Assembly (NCBI GenBank): GCA_949284685.1 | Contig: CASDWE010000002.1 | Location: 448,476 to 512,475, forward strand | DNA from: an uncultured bacterium | GTDB lineage: Bacteria > Bacillota_I > Bacilli_A > RFN20 > CAG-826 | Length of the DNA: 64,000 nt | Direction: 5' to 3' | Shown here: piece after piece, positions 20,244-31,552 of the stretch | Layout: each line of letters starts with the position of its first letter | Position numbering within the stretch: position 1 is the stretch's first letter | Translations under genes and position numbers: made by a program | Notes under the pieces: generated by a model | Told to the model about the DNA's origin: nothing | The model's input: only the letters and a program-made list of their open reading frames with translations | Database searches by the model: none

Positions 20244-21818
20244 ATGAAATTTTTAAAAGTATTTTTTGAATCATCACTATCAATTGTTCCAATTATATTA
20301 ATTATTCTGTTATTATCTCTAACAGGTTTAACGCCACTTGAAGGAGGTTGGGATTACCTTTTGCTTATTATTGGAGCGTTAGTTCTAATTGTTGGTTTAT
20401 CTATTTTTTCCATTGGTTCTTCAAGAAGTTTATCAAAAGTTGGTGAACACATGGGTGCATCATTAAGTAAACAAAGCAATATGTGGATTGTTATTGTTGT
20501 TGCTTTTCTTTTAGGTGCATTAGTAACATGCGCTGAGCCTTCAATTATGATTTTAGCCGAACAAACTCCAATTGATAGTTGGTTATTAATTTTGCTTATA
20601 TCAGTTGGTGTTGGAATATTTGTTGTTTTAGGTGTTATCCGCGTATTTAAAAGACAAAGTTTAAAATGGTGGTTAATCGTTTTGTATGGAATAGTTTTTG
20701 CTCTTTGTCTTTTAGTGGATCATAGAGAATTTATGCCGTTAATTTTTGATGCGAGTGGGGCAACAACTGGAAGTGCTACTGTACCATTTTTATTATCGTT
20801 AGGTTCTGGCGTGGCTATGGTTCGTGCAGGAAAAAATGCTAAGGAAGAAAGCTTTGGATTAATTGCTATATCTTCTATTGGACCTATCATTTCTATGGTT
20901 ATAATGGCAATTTTTATTTCTAGTGGTGCTAAACAAGTTCCTTATGAATTGACAACGATCCAATTAAGTAATAATTCAGATATTTTTTCTCGTTTTGTTA
21001 GTGCTATATTTCCTACTTTTTCTTCAACAGGAGAAATTTTGACTTATGGCACTATTTTTGAAGTTCTTATTGCTATTTTACCAATTGCAGTTGTATTTTT
21101 CATTTATCAATCTATTTTTATCAAACTTCCAAAAGGTGAACTTATTAGAATAGCTTTAGGATTTTTATATGCCTATTTGGGTTTAGCATTATTTTTGGGT
21201 GCAGTAAGTGCTGTTATGATGCCGTTTGGAATTTACATAGGTAAATTATTAGGGCTTCAAAACGAATGGCTAATAATTTTTATTTTCTTTGTTATTGGAC
21301 TTGTTTCAATTATGTGCGAACCTGCGATTCATGTTTTGACAAAGCAAATTGAACAAGTAAGCGATGGTGGTATAAAAAAGAGCAGTGTTTTATTAACTCT
21401 TTCTATCGGCGTTGGAATTGCTATTGCATTATGTGCTATTAGAGCAATATTTAACTTTCCGATACTTTATTATATTATTCCTGGATATCTTATAAGTGTT
21501 GGCTTAACATTCTTTTCACCATCTTTATTTAGTGCTCTTGCATTTGATTCTGGTGGTGTTGCATCTGGACCGATGACTGTTAGTTTTTTGTTACCTCTTA
21601 CTATTGGCATGACTATGTCATACGCTAATGAGGGAAATTTAATGTATAATAATGATGTGTTAACCCGTTGTTTTGGAGTTATTGCTATGGTTGCATTAAC
21701 GCCAATTATTTCAATTCAATTGCTTGGTATTTTGATTAATTACAAAAAAGTTCGTCGTCAATTTATTTATCAAAAACAATTGCTGCATGTTTATGATAAT
21801 GAGGTAATTCATTTTTAG
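20244..21818 (+). CDS. DUF1538-like polytopic membrane protein (internally duplicated)
   Basis: Two homologous membrane halves. Confidence 0.5.
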   Translation: MKFLKVFFESSLSIVPIILIILLLSLTGLTPLEGGWDYLLLIIGALVLIVGLSIFSIGSSRSLSKVGEHMGASLSKQSNMWIVIVVAFLLGALVTCAEPSIMILAEQTPIDSWLLILLISVGVGIFVVLGVIRVFKRQSLKWWLIVLYGIVFALCLLVDHREFMPLIFDASGATTGSATVPFLLSLGSGVAMVRAGKNAKEESFGLIAISSIGPIISMVIMAIFISSGAKQVPYELTTIQLSNNSDIFSRFVSAIFPTFSSTGEILTYGTIFEVLIAILPIAVVFFIYQSIFIKLPKGELIRIALGFLYAYLGLALFLGAVSAVMMPFGIYIGKLLGLQNEWLIIFIFFVIGLVSIMCEPAIHVLTKQIEQVSDGGIKKSSVLLTLSIGVGIAIALCAIRAIFNFPILYYIIPGYLISVGLTFFSPSLFSALAFDSGGVASGPMTVSFLLPLTIGMTMSYANEGNLMYNNDVLTRCFGVIAMVALTPIISIQLLGILINYKKVRRQFIYQKQLLHVYDNEVIHF

Positions 21819-21826
21819 AGGTTAAT

Positions 21827-22210
21827 ATGGCATTGCGTGGTAGAAAAAAACAAAATTTAAATTCTCGTCCAAGTATTGAAATAAAGAAAATGTTAGTGTG
21901 TTTAACAATTGTTAATTCTGGACAAGGGGAAGCTATTAGAAAATTGATGGAAAAATTTTCATGTGCAACTTCTTTAATTCTCAAAGGAGAAGGAACTGCA
22001 TCTAAAGATTTATATGATGTTCTAGGTTTAAAAGACAATTATAAAGATGTGATTATTTCATTTGTAAGTGAAGATGTTTCAGATGATGTTATATATGAAC
22101 TTAATTTATATTTCAACTCTAACAAGAAAAACAAAGGAGTTGCTTCTATTTTAGAAATGGATTCCATTGTTTCATATATTGGATATAGATTTTTATCAAA
22201 TCAATATTAG
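21827..22210 (+). CDS. PII-like (GlnB superfamily-like) small protein with N-terminal extension
   Basis: Sits with the downstream PII-like gene and has similar size and periodicity; tentative call. Confidence 0.4.
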   Translation: MALRGRKKQNLNSRPSIEIKKMLVCLTIVNSGQGEAIRKLMEKFSCATSLILKGEGTASKDLYDVLGLKDNYKDVIISFVSEDVSDDVIYELNLYFNSNKKNKGVASILEMDSIVSYIGYRFLSNQY

Positions 22211-22219
22211 GAGGAGCAT

Positions 22220-22537
22220 ATGGAAAAAGAAGAATTTAATTTAATATTTGCAATAGTCGATGCTGGGTTTACTGATTTAGTAATGGACGCTGCTCGCGAT
22301 AGCGGTGCACGAGGTGGTACCATTTTGCACGCTCGTGGAACAGGTAATAAAGAAATAGAAGAAAAATTTGGCATTATTATTAATAGTGAAAAAGAGATTT
22401 GTATGATAATTGTTAAAAGTGATCAATCTGATATCATTTTGCAAGCAATAAATAAAGCCGCAGGTTTAAATACACCTGGTAAAGGTATTGCATTTGCAAT
22501 AAAATGTCGAGATGTTATTGGATTGAAATTTGATTAA
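22220..22537 (+). CDS. PII family (GlnB-like) signal transduction protein
   Basis: FAIVDAGFTDLVMDAARDSGARGGTILHARGTG...PGKGIAFAI follows the PII fold pattern; preceded by an AGGAGG ribosome-binding site. Confidence 0.55.
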   Translation: MEKEEFNLIFAIVDAGFTDLVMDAARDSGARGGTILHARGTGNKEIEEKFGIIINSEKEICMIIVKSDQSDIILQAINKAAGLNTPGKGIAFAIKCRDVIGLKFD

Positions 22538-22549
22538 AATCTTCAATTA

Positions 22550-22568
22550 TTTTTGCAAAAAGCAAATA
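22550..22568. terminator. Bidirectional hairpin between the convergent PII-like gene and typA
   Basis: TTTGC-AAAAA-GCAAA hairpin flanked by T/A runs. Confidence 0.35.
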
Positions 22569-22570
22569 TT

Positions 22571-24391
22571 TTATACGTTTTCATCTTTATGATGAGCTTC
22601 ATATTTTTTGCGTTGTGCGGTATCTAAAATACGTTTTCTCATGCGATATGTATTAGGTGTAATTTCAACAAGTTCATCGCTGTTGATGTAATCTAAACAA
22701 GCTTCTAATGACATATAGCGGGGTGTTTTTAAAACGACGGTAAAATCTTTTGTAGAACTTCTAACATTTGTTAAATTCTTTTTAGCGACAACATTGACCG
22801 CTAAATCATTATCATATCTATTTTCACCAACAATCATACCAGCATAAACTTGACATCCAGGATTTATAAACATCGTTCCTCTTTCTTCAACATGTTCAAT
22901 TGCATATGGTGTTGCTTCACCAGTTTCTGTTGCAACAAGAACACCAATTTTTCTTTCTCCAAGTTTCATATTTAACATTGGTCGATATTCTTTAAATGTA
23001 TGTGAGATTATGCCATATCCTTTTGTAAGTGTCATAAACGATGATACAAAGCCTAATAAACCTCTAGATGGAATGACGTATTCTAATTTAGTAGCAAATT
23101 CTTCATTAATCATGTTGTTTAATTGAGCGTTTCTTGAACCTAATGTTTCCATAATATCACCAACATAATCATTTGGAACTTCAATAGTTAGATCTTCAAA
23201 TGGCTCACATTTAACACCATCAATTTCTTTTATAATAATTTCTGGTTTACTAACTTGTAATTCAAATCCTTCTCTTATCATGTTTTCTATTAAAATTGAA
23301 AGATGCAATTCACCTCTACCAGAAACTATCCAAGATTCGCTGTTTGGAATGCGCTTGACACGTAAAGAAACATCTTTTTGTAGTTCTTTATATAGTCTTT
23401 CTTCTATTTTTCTAGCGGTTAAATATTTTCCATCTTTTCCTGCAAAAGGAGAGGTGTTTACTCCAAATGTCATTTGTAAAGTTGGTTCATCAATATGAAG
23501 AAGCGGAAGTGGTTCTAAACAATTATTATCACAAATTGTTTCGCCAACATTAATATCTTGTAATCCTGCGACTGCAACAATATCACCAGCACTGGCACTT
23601 TCAACTTCAACCTTTCTAAGTCCTTGATTGCCATATAGTTTCAAAACTTTAAATTGTTTATTTGTTCCATCTAAACGACAACAAGTTACTAAATCACCTA
23701 CATGGATAATGCCATTTTTAATTTTTCCTATCCCAACTCTACCAACAAAGTCGTTGTAATCAAGAAGAGATATTTGATATTTAAGGGGTTTATTAATATC
23801 TGAATCAGGAGAAGGAATTTCTTTGATGATAGTATCAAATATTGCATCCATATTGTTTTGTTGATCGTCAATGGTATATCCACTTGTTCCTTTTAAAGCA
23901 CTAGTGTAGCAAACTTTAAAATCTAATAAATCATCATCAGCACCTAACTCAATAAACAAATTCAATATTTCGTCTAAAGTTTTATGAATATCAATATTTT
24001 TTCTATCGATTTTATTAACAACCACAACTGGCTTAATGTGTGCTTGCAAAGCCTTTTTTAATACAAATCTTGTTTGTGGCATGGCACCTTCAAAAGCATC
24101 AACTAGTAAAAGACAACCATCTACCATATTCATGATTCTTTCGACTTCACCACCAAAATCAGCGTGCCCAGGAGTATCAACAATATTAATTTTATAGTTT
24201 TTATAAAATATTGAAGTTGTTTTAGCTAAAATAGTGATTCCTCTTTCTTTTTCAATATCATTAGAATCCATCACTCTTTCGTTAATTTCTTCATTATTTC
24301 TGAATGTTCCAGCGCTTTTTAATAATTGATCAACAAGAGTAGTTTTTCCATGGTCGACATGGGCTATAATTGCAACATTTCTAATTTCCAT
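22571..24391 (-). CDS. typA: Translational GTPase TypA/BipA
   Basis: [18 protein letters not shown] and NKID G-motifs; EF-G-like domains. Confidence 0.9.
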   Translation of the reverse strand: MEIRNVAIIAHVDHGKTTLVDQLLKSAGTFRNNEEINERVMDSNDIEKERGITILAKTTSIFYKNYKINIVDTPGHADFGGEVERIMNMVDGCLLLVDAFEGAMPQTRFVLKKALQAHIKPVVVVNKIDRKNIDIHKTLDEILNLFIELGADDDLLDFKVCYTSALKGTSGYTIDDQQNNMDAIFDTIIKEIPSPDSDINKPLKYQISLLDYNDFVGRVGIGKIKNGIIHVGDLVTCCRLDGTNKQFKVLKLYGNQGLRKVEVESASAGDIVAVAGLQDINVGETICDNNCLEPLPLLHIDEPTLQMTFGVNTSPFAGKDGKYLTARKIEERLYKELQKDVSLRVKRIPNSESWIVSGRGELHLSILIENMIREGFELQVSKPEIIIKEIDGVKCEPFEDLTIEVPNDYVGDIMETLGSRNAQLNNMINEEFATKLEYVIPSRGLLGFVSSFMTLTKGYGIISHTFKEYRPMLNMKLGERKIGVLVATETGEATPYAIEHVEERGTMFINPGCQVYAGMIVGENRYDNDLAVNVVAKKNLTNVRSSTKDFTVVLKTPRYMSLEACLDYINSDELVEITPNTYRMRKRILDTAQRKKYEAHHKDENV

Positions 24392-24505
24392 AACGAATTA
24401 AATAATAGTGATTTATCATAAAAAATCAATATTTTTTTCTTATTAATATAATTATTTATATTATTTGTTTTATAAAAATTAGTTTCGTTATATTATAATA
24501 TCTGC

Positions 24506-27500
24506 ATGATTGACTTAACGCAAACTAGTAAAAAAACTGATTCTAAATTAATAAACTGGATAAAAAATCGTTTCCAATTTTTAAAAAATAGTAAACATTT
24601 ATTTTATTATGTTTTGCTTTTAATTGGCGTTGCTTTTGGTTTTTATTTTTTAATGCTTGTTAACAATCAATTTACTACACCTTATTCTGGCGATTTTGTT
24701 ATGCAATATATTCCATTTGCATATGATTATTATGATAATTGGTGGTCATTTTTTACAACTGGTGTTTTTCCTCATTGGGACACGACTGTATTTTTAGGTG
24801 CGGATAGTATTACTAGTAATGGATATTATATTTTGTTTTCACCATTTTTTGCTTTGCTATTAATTTTCCCACGTTCTTGGATACCCCAGGTTATGGCTTT
24901 GGTTTCAATTTTAAGAATGGTTTTAGCCGGTGCGTTTTTCCGCTGCTATCTTAAAAAATTGAATGTTTCTGAATTATTAGCTAGATTAGGTGGTCTAGCT
25001 TTTATGTCTTGCGGTTGGATTGCATATTTTCAATGGTTTAATAATTTTTTAGACATAGCTGTTTTTTTGCCTTTGATTTTATTAGGAATTGAAAAAGTTT
25101 TGCAAGATAAAAAGCCTTGGCTATTAATTATTAGTTTAGGATATTTAGGAATTGATAATTTTTTCTTTTTTCCTGCTTTTATAATAATGACTTTTGTTTA
25201 TTCGATGTTTAGATATTTTCAACGCTTAAAACTTAATAGCGTAAAAGATAATTTGTTGATATTACTCATTGGATTTTTAGCATATGTTTGTGCGATTGGA
25301 ATCTCACTTGTTATATTTATTCCTGGATTAGTGACCGGCATGAGCGATCCTAAAATTGAAGGTAGTAATTATTTAACACAGTTATTGTATTATTTTGAAA
25401 ATCATGATTATATTCGTGTTTTTAGTTTGCTATTTAATTGGAGAGAAACAGCTGATTGGAAAATACAATCTTATCCTATAATTGAATTATTTATTCCACC
25501 TACTACGTGTAGACACGTTTCGCTTGTAAGAGCGGAATTAGGAAATACCTTTGTTAATGAAGCTGGTTCTTTATGGGTAACTATGCCGATTTTATTTTTC
25601 TTTTTTCCAGCATTTATTAATTCAATAAAGAAAGGAAAAATATCTCATATTATTGGCGTATGTATTTTTATTTTCGTATTATTTACACCTTTTTCTTATT
25701 ATTTATTATTTGGTGGTAGTAAAGCTTATTCTAGATGGCAAATCATCGTACCAGCTTGCATGATTGCTTATGTTATCTCGTTTTTAGATAAAAATAAAGT
25801 CACCATGACTGATTTAGTTTTAGGTTTAAGCTTTGTTGTTTTAGGCATTATTTTAAGTGGAATATTAGCTAAATATTATGTGGATAATTCCACTAATTTG
25901 ACATATTTCTTGCCTTTTCCTTGGATGCTTATTGTAGAAATTGTTTATGTATTAGTGCTATTTTTTGTGCTTTTATATTTTTATGAAAAGAAAAATTTTA
26001 AAAATATTTTAGTTTATTTTGCTTGTTTTGAAGCTATTTTAACAGGCAATTTTGTTACATTTGGACATGGATATACAAATCCAAATTCAGGAAATGGTGG
26101 AGCGTATGAAAATTCATTTGTTTATGATGCTTCAAGCAAAATAAAAAATTATGACGATTCATTTTATCGCACTTATTCTTCTTTAAATGCTCAAAATTTG
26201 TCAGATAATAATCAAAATATGAATAACTATAATGGCACTGCTATGTTTAATACTTTATATAATTTTAACACACGTGATTTTAAGTGGTGGACACGTATGA
26301 GCGATTGGTATAGTGGATGGTCTGCTAGTTATGTTGAAAAAAGACAAACGTTGGATTATTTTTTAAACATTAAATATTATATGGTTAATAAGTCTAATAC
26401 TATTGCTACAAAAATTGGATATGAAAATATTTCTAATGATGAATTAGCAAATTTAATAAATGTTCCATATGGTTATGAATATAACGAGCAGCTATCAAAC
26501 GATGAAGTGTTTGTCTTTGAAAATAAAAGCGTTAATAATCTTGGATTTAGTTTTGATAATGTGTTTTATTATGATGTTGAAACAGCACAAAATGCATTAA
26601 GTGGAAGTCATTCATACGCTTTAAGAAATGATGATATGTTTTTAAAAACAGCAATAATGCGTAAGGAAGACTATAATCTATTAGATGATGATGTAAAAGA
26701 TGATTTAGGCGAGCCAAAAACTCAAGCCTTAACTTTAGATGAGACAAATTATGAACGTGTTAATTTGGTTGATACTAGAATTTTACCATCATCATCTGGA
26801 ACAAAATTTGTTAAAAGATATTATCAAATCGAAGATTCTATTAATTATAACATTAAAAATTTAAAAAATATTTTTGATGAAAAGCCACTTACTTCTTCTG
26901 AAATTAATGATGATGAAGCAAATAACGAAGGTAATTATTTTATTACCATAACTAAGGAAGAATTAAATGGTAATTTATATCAGTCTAATTGGAATAATTG
27001 TCTGCCGTTTAGCGAAGATGGCGAAAAATTAGGAATTTATTTAGATGCACCTTATACCACTAACTATAATGTTGATGTTTATTTGTTAGGAAGAAATGGT
27101 GATGTTATTAAATTTGATAATCATCGTGATGACTATGTCACTAATTCTATGAAAGCAATGCGAGGTTTTTACGCTGATGAAGATGTTTATGCGATGGTAA
27201 TATATCCAAGATATTTTGGACATTCTAATTTTGGTTTATTTTTTGAAACACAAACAAATTATCAAAGCAAAATTAACAGTGTAACTAAATTGGATAACCA
27301 AGAATATATTAATAGTAATTATTTAAAATTTACTACTAACTATGATAAACATAAAATAATTGTCTTAAACACGCCATACGAAAGAGGATGGAAAGTTATT
27401 GCTCATCAAGGTGATAAATCATATGAATTAAATACTTTTATGGGTCAAGGTGGCTTTGTTTCGTTTGCAAGTTTAGTGGGTGATACTTCTTACGCAGTAA

Positions 27501-27646
27501 TGTATAAAAACGCTGACATGGTAAAAGTATTGCCAATTACAAATATTTGTGTTGTTTTATGGGCTGGCAGTTTTATAGCTTATACATTTATAGATGAATA
27601 TTTAAAAAATAAAAAATATCGAAAACAATTAAGAATTGATATTTAA
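24506..27646 (+). CDS. YfhO-family membrane protein with very large C-terminal extracytoplasmic domain
   Basis: N-terminal polytopic YfhO-like membrane domain (1046 aa in total). Confidence 0.6.
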   Translation: MIDLTQTSKKTDSKLINWIKNRFQFLKNSKHLFYYVLLLIGVAFGFYFLMLVNNQFTTPYSGDFVMQYIPFAYDYYDNWWSFFTTGVFPHWDTTVFLGADSITSNGYYILFSPFFALLLIFPRSWIPQVMALVSILRMVLAGAFFRCYLKKLNVSELLARLGGLAFMSCGWIAYFQWFNNFLDIAVFLPLILLGIEKVLQDKKPWLLIISLGYLGIDNFFFFPAFIIMTFVYSMFRYFQRLKLNSVKDNLLILLIGFLAYVCAIGISLVIFIPGLVTGMSDPKIEGSNYLTQLLYYFENHDYIRVFSLLFNWRETADWKIQSYPIIELFIPPTTCRHVSLVRAELGNTFVNEAGSLWVTMPILFFFFPAFINSIKKGKISHIIGVCIFIFVLFTPFSYYLLFGGSKAYSRWQIIVPACMIAYVISFLDKNKVTMTDLVLGLSFVVLGIILSGILAKYYVDNSTNLTYFLPFPWMLIVEIVYVLVLFFVLLYFYEKKNFKNILVYFACFEAILTGNFVTFGHGYTNPNSGNGGAYENSFVYDASSKIKNYDDSFYRTYSSLNAQNLSDNNQNMNNYNGTAMFNTLYNFNTRDFKWWTRMSDWYSGWSASYVEKRQTLDYFLNIKYYMVNKSNTIATKIGYENISNDELANLINVPYGYEYNEQLSNDEVFVFENKSVNNLGFSFDNVFYYDVETAQNALSGSHSYALRNDDMFLKTAIMRKEDYNLLDDDVKDDLGEPKTQALTLDETNYERVNLVDTRILPSSSGTKFVKRYYQIEDSINYNIKNLKNIFDEKPLTSSEINDDEANNEGNYFITITKEELNGNLYQSNWNNCLPFSEDGEKLGIYLDAPYTTNYNVDVYLLGRNGDVIKFDNHRDDYVTNSMKAMRGFYADEDVYAMVIYPRYFGHSNFGLFFETQTNYQSKINSVTKLDNQEYINSNYLKFTTNYDKHKIIVLNTPYERGWKVIAHQGDKSYELNTFMGQGGFVSFASLVGDTSYAVMYKNADMVKVLPITNICVVLWAGSFIAYTFIDEYLKNKKYRKQLRIDI

Positions 27647-28492
27647 AATAAGCTGATATATATAATTTTTACTGACATTATATTTTTTTGCAATTTGTAA
27701 AGCGATATCTTTTTTACTATAGGTTTTATTTTGCAACAAATTATTTATCTCCTTAATTAAAATATCGTCAGAAACAATATTTTGTTTATTGTTCCCTTCA
27801 ACCAATAATACTATTTCGCCTTTTATCGTATCAAAATCAATATCATCAACATCATTTAATTCAAAATAGATATATTCTTCGTGAATTTTGGTTAATTCAC
27901 GAGCGATAGTGCATCTTCTGTTGTCATTAAAAATTTCTTTAATATCTAAAATTGTTTCTTTTATTCGATGCGGAGCTTCATAAAAAACAATAGTCGAATC
28001 CATTTCTTTTAAAGATTCTAATTGTTTTTTTCTTTTGCTTTGATGTGAATCTAAAAAACCATAAAAATAAAAATGTTCGCTTGGAAGATTAGAACAAACT
28101 AAAGCATTTAACGCAGCATTAGTGCCTCCAATAGTTGTTACTGAAATGTTATTTGAAATAGCCATCTCACATAAAATTTTTCCTGGATCACTTATTATTG
28201 GAAATCCTGCATCGCTTAAATAACAAACGACGTTTCCATCAAATATCATGTTTATAATTTTATTAGAAACACTTTTTTCATTATGTTCATGTAAAGAAAT
28301 TAAATGCTTATTCAAAATATCAAAATGAGTTAATAATTTAAGAGTATTTCTTGTATCTTCACACGCTATAATATCAGCGTTTTTTAATATTTCAATTGCA
28401 CGCAAGGATATATCTTTTAAATTACCGATTGGCGAGACTACAAAATATAAAATATGTTTATTTTCAAAAGTCTTATTTCTTTTTATCATCAC
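27629..28492 (-). CDS. rsmI: 16S rRNA (cytidine1402-2'-O)-methyltransferase
   Basis: Tetrapyrrole-methylase fold; motifs YFVVSPIGNLKDIS and ACEDTR. Confidence 0.85.
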   Translation of the reverse strand: MMIKRNKTFENKHILYFVVSPIGNLKDISLRAIEILKNADIIACEDTRNTLKLLTHFDILNKHLISLHEHNEKSVSNKIINMIFDGNVVCYLSDAGFPIISDPGKILCEMAISNNISVTTIGGTNAALNALVCSNLPSEHFYFYGFLDSHQSKRKKQLESLKEMDSTIVFYEAPHRIKETILDIKEIFNDNRRCTIARELTKIHEEYIYFELNDVDDIDFDTIKGEIVLLVEGNNKQNIVSDDILIKEINNLLQNKTYSKKDIALQIAKKYNVSKNYIYQLILNINS

Positions 28493-29327
28493 CTTTTTTA
28501 GACATTCCTTTTTTATGTTTTAGATTGTTAAAATCATCCAACGATAATATTAACGAATCATTTTCCTCATTAGCAAAAGTAATTTGCTTAGAAATAACAT
28601 TGTATGAAATTACTTTATAAAGTTGCTTGTTATAAATAATTTCTTCTCCAATTTCTGGGTACATTTTTTTAAGATCAGTATATGTATCATCTTCATATTT
28701 TAAACAACATACAAGTTTTCCACATTGACCTGATAATTTAGGAATATTAATCGCTAACATTTGATTTTTTGCACGATTTATGGATATACCATCAAATTCA
28801 TTTAAAAATGTTGAACAACATAATGGTAACCCACATATACCAATTCCGCCAATTAATTTAGCTTTATCACGAGGACCTATTTGTCTTAATTCGATTCTTG
28901 TTCTTAAACGTGCAGCCAAAACTTTTAATAGTTCTCTAAAATCGACTCGTTCATCACTTGCATACGTAAATGTAATTTTAGCCTTATCTAATGTATAATC
29001 TGCATAAATAAGGTGCATATTTAAGTTAAGTTTATTTTGTTCTTCAATAAAAATATTAGCAGCATCTTTTGAGTCTTTTAGATTTTCTTGATAAAAATAA
29101 ACATCTTTATCGGTAGCACGTCTTTGGATAGGTGCTAAATCTAAGGTACTAGAATATGTTTCAATAGATTGTGGAAGTATAGAAACTAAGCCAAGTTCTC
29201 GACCATATATTGTATCAACCACAACCGGATCATTTATTTTAAATGTAGAATCATTAGTGCCAAAAAAATAACTGCGAGATGAATGGGTAAATTTTATCCC
29301 AACATAATGTGTAAATTTATTATCCAT
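28473..29327 (-). CDS. PSP1 domain protein (YaaT/RicT-like)
   Basis: PSP1 C-terminal domain with a Cys cluster; sits next to holB in the conserved order. Confidence 0.75.
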   Translation of the reverse strand: MDNKFTHYVGIKFTHSSRSYFFGTNDSTFKINDPVVVDTIYGRELGLVSILPQSIETYSSTLDLAPIQRRATDKDVYFYQENLKDSKDAANIFIEEQNKLNLNMHLIYADYTLDKAKITFTYASDERVDFRELLKVLAARLRTRIELRQIGPRDKAKLIGGIGICGLPLCCSTFLNEFDGISINRAKNQMLAINIPKLSGQCGKLVCCLKYEDDTYTDLKKMYPEIGEEIIYNKQLYKVISYNVISKQITFANEENDSLILSLDDFNNLKHKKGMSKKGDDKKK

Positions 29328-29336
29328 AAATAGTGA

Positions 29337-30329
29337 TTATTCTCCTTCCATATTGTTATAAATAACATTAATAATATGGTCTAATATTAGGGAAGTGTTA
29401 ACGTTTAGTGATAAACTTTCTCGTGTTTTTAATAACTCTAGACAAACATCATTAATATTATTAATTTTTTTGCAAATTTCTTGTAATTTATCTTCGATTT
29501 CCTGCAAATACGGCTTTTTTTGATAAAAAATTGATTGAATATCTAAAAAAACAGCACATAGTAAATCAAAGAAATAGCGGCCACTTTGCTTATTATTAAT
29601 AAAGGCAAGAATATTTTTATTGCCAACATAAATCATATCATTTTTACTAGATAAAACACTATCGATAAATAAATTTAAACATTCTTTTGCAACTTGATAA
29701 TCACTATCGGATTTTGCATGATTTATTAAAGTATCTACATCATTAAAAATATAAGATAATAATTCAGCGTCAAATGAATCGACACCCGCTTCTTTTGATA
29801 GTGAAATCACTATATCGCGAGGTATTAATTTTAGATGCATTACTTGGCAACGAGAAATAATAGTGGGAAGTATTAAAGATTCATTGTTAGTTGTTAAAAA
29901 TGCGTAGACATTTTTTTGTGGCTCTTCTAAAAATTTCAATATAGCATTGATGGCTTGAACGGTCATATTTTCAACTAAATTCAATATATAAATTTTCTTA
30001 TTTTTCTTTTCCAAAGAAGTATTTTCAAAATTAACTTCTAATTGTGTTACATCATCTTTTTTGATAGTGGAAAGAGCACCATCATAAATTACTAAATCTG
30101 GATAATTATTCTCTTTTATTCTTTGACAAGTTAAGCAGTGTTGACAAGCAAGTGGAGTTGGATTATCACACACTAATGAGGAGGCTAAAAATTTTGCAAT
30201 ATTTAGTGTTGGAACGCCAGTATTTCCCACTAATAAATAAGCATGGACAAGATGATTATTTAATAAACTATTCTTGAATGTTTGATAAATGACAGGTTGA
30301 AATTTTTTTAAATATTCTTCAATTTGCAT
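29337..30329 (-). CDS. holB: DNA polymerase III delta' subunit
   Basis: AAA+-like HAYLLVGNTGV region; position between tmk and PSP1. Confidence 0.75.
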   Translation of the reverse strand: MQIEEYLKKFQPVIYQTFKNSLLNNHLVHAYLLVGNTGVPTLNIAKFLASSLVCDNPTPLACQHCLTCQRIKENNYPDLVIYDGALSTIKKDDVTQLEVNFENTSLEKKNKKIYILNLVENMTVQAINAILKFLEEPQKNVYAFLTTNNESLILPTIISRCQVMHLKLIPRDIVISLSKEAGVDSFDAELLSYIFNDVDTLINHAKSDSDYQVAKECLNLFIDSVLSSKNDMIYVGNKNILAFINNKQSGRYFFDLLCAVFLDIQSIFYQKKPYLQEIEDKLQEICKKINNINDVCLELLKTRESLSLNVNTSLILDHIINVIYNNMEGE

Positions 30330-30942
30330 TTAATCTTTCCTTAATGATTTTATATGTTTCATTTTCAACTTCATTTTGAGGTTTTGAAGAATCAATGATT
30401 ACATATCTATTTGGATATTTTTTTGCTAATTCTAAAAAAGTTTTTCTAACGTTATTATGAAAATCTAATTTTTCTAAATCTAAACGATTAACTTCTCTAT
30501 TATTATTTTGTGCGATACGTTGTAGTCCTATTTTTGGGTCTATATCAAATAACAAGGTTAAATCTGGCCAAGTATTTTCAGTAGCAAACATATTAATATT
30601 GATTATATTTTCAATTCCTAAATGTCTGGCTCCACCTTGATACGCTAATGAGGAATCGATATAACGATCACATATCACTATTTTTCCATCTTTTAGATTA
30701 GGCCAAACTTTTTCAATTAAATGTTGTCTCCTACTAGCAGCATATAAAAGTGCCTCGGCACGTGCATCTAAATTTGTATTATTGACATCTAAGATTATAT
30801 TTCGAATTTGTTCTGCGATTGGTGTGCCGCCTGGTTCGCGAGTGGTAACAATTTGATAACCTTCTTTTTTTAATCTTTCAACTACTTTTTTCATTGTTGA
30901 AGATTTTCCGCTTCCTTCAACTCCTTCAATTGTTATAAACAT
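30319..30942 (-). CDS. tmk: Thymidylate kinase
   Basis: FITIEGVEGSGKSS P-loop and DRY motif. Confidence 0.85.
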   Translation of the reverse strand: MFITIEGVEGSGKSSTMKKVVERLKKEGYQIVTTREPGGTPIAEQIRNIILDVNNTNLDARAEALLYAASRRQHLIEKVWPNLKDGKIVICDRYIDSSLAYQGGARHLGIENIININMFATENTWPDLTLLFDIDPKIGLQRIAQNNNREVNRLDLEKLDFHNNVRKTFLELAKKYPNRYVIIDSSKPQNEVENETYKIIKERLNAN

Positions 30943-30943
30943 A

Positions 30944-31552
30944 TTAATCTCCTATTTTTTGTCTACCTTGTAATGATTTTGCAAGCGTTAATGAATCAGT
31001 ATAATCTAAAACACCACCCATTGGTAAGCCATACGCCAATCTTGTCACATTAATATTTTCAAATTCCTTAAGTTTTTTATTTAGATATAGGGCGGTCGCC
31101 TCACCATCAATATTTGGATTAGTTGCGATAATGATTTCTTTTACTTCATTATTTTCTTTGATTCTTTTAAAAAGTGATAAGATATTTAAACTATCAATAT
31201 CAATTCCTTTGCTTGTTGAAATAACGCCATTTAAAACATGATATAAACCATTAAATGATTTGCTTTTCTCAAAAGCAATGACATCCTTAGGGTAAGAAAC
31301 AACCATAATCGTAGTTTTATCTCTAGTGTCATCTTGACAAATTTCGCATTTGTCGTTGCTTGTATACATCCCACATATTGGGCAAATATGAATATCTTTT
31401 TTTACGCTTATTATGTTGTTAACTAGTTCATCAACATCTTCATCTGACATTTCTAAAATAGCATAAGATAAACGTTCAGCGCTTTTTTTACCTATGCTTG
31501 GCAATTTATTTAAACTTTCGGTTAAATTTTCAATGGATTTAAGTTGTTCCAT
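30944..31552 (-). CDS. recR: Recombination protein RecR
   Basis: HhH domain, C4 zinc finger (CPICGMYTSNDKCEIC), Toprim domain. Confidence 0.9.
   Translation of the reverse strand: MEQLKSIENLTESLNKLPSIGKKSAERLSYAILEMSDEDVDELVNNIISVKKDIHICPICGMYTSNDKCEICQDDTRDKTTIMVVSYPKDVIAFEKSKSFNGLYHVLNGVISTSKGIDIDSLNILSLFKRIKENNEVKEIIIATNPNIDGEATALYLNKKLKEFENINVTRLAYGLPMGGVLDYTDSLTLAKSLQGRQKIGD

Noticed and set aside
21763-22038. 91-aa minus-strand ORF overlapping the first PII-like gene
   Set aside because: Antisense to the PII-like gene and the DUF1538-like gene end; no ribosome-binding site, low complexity
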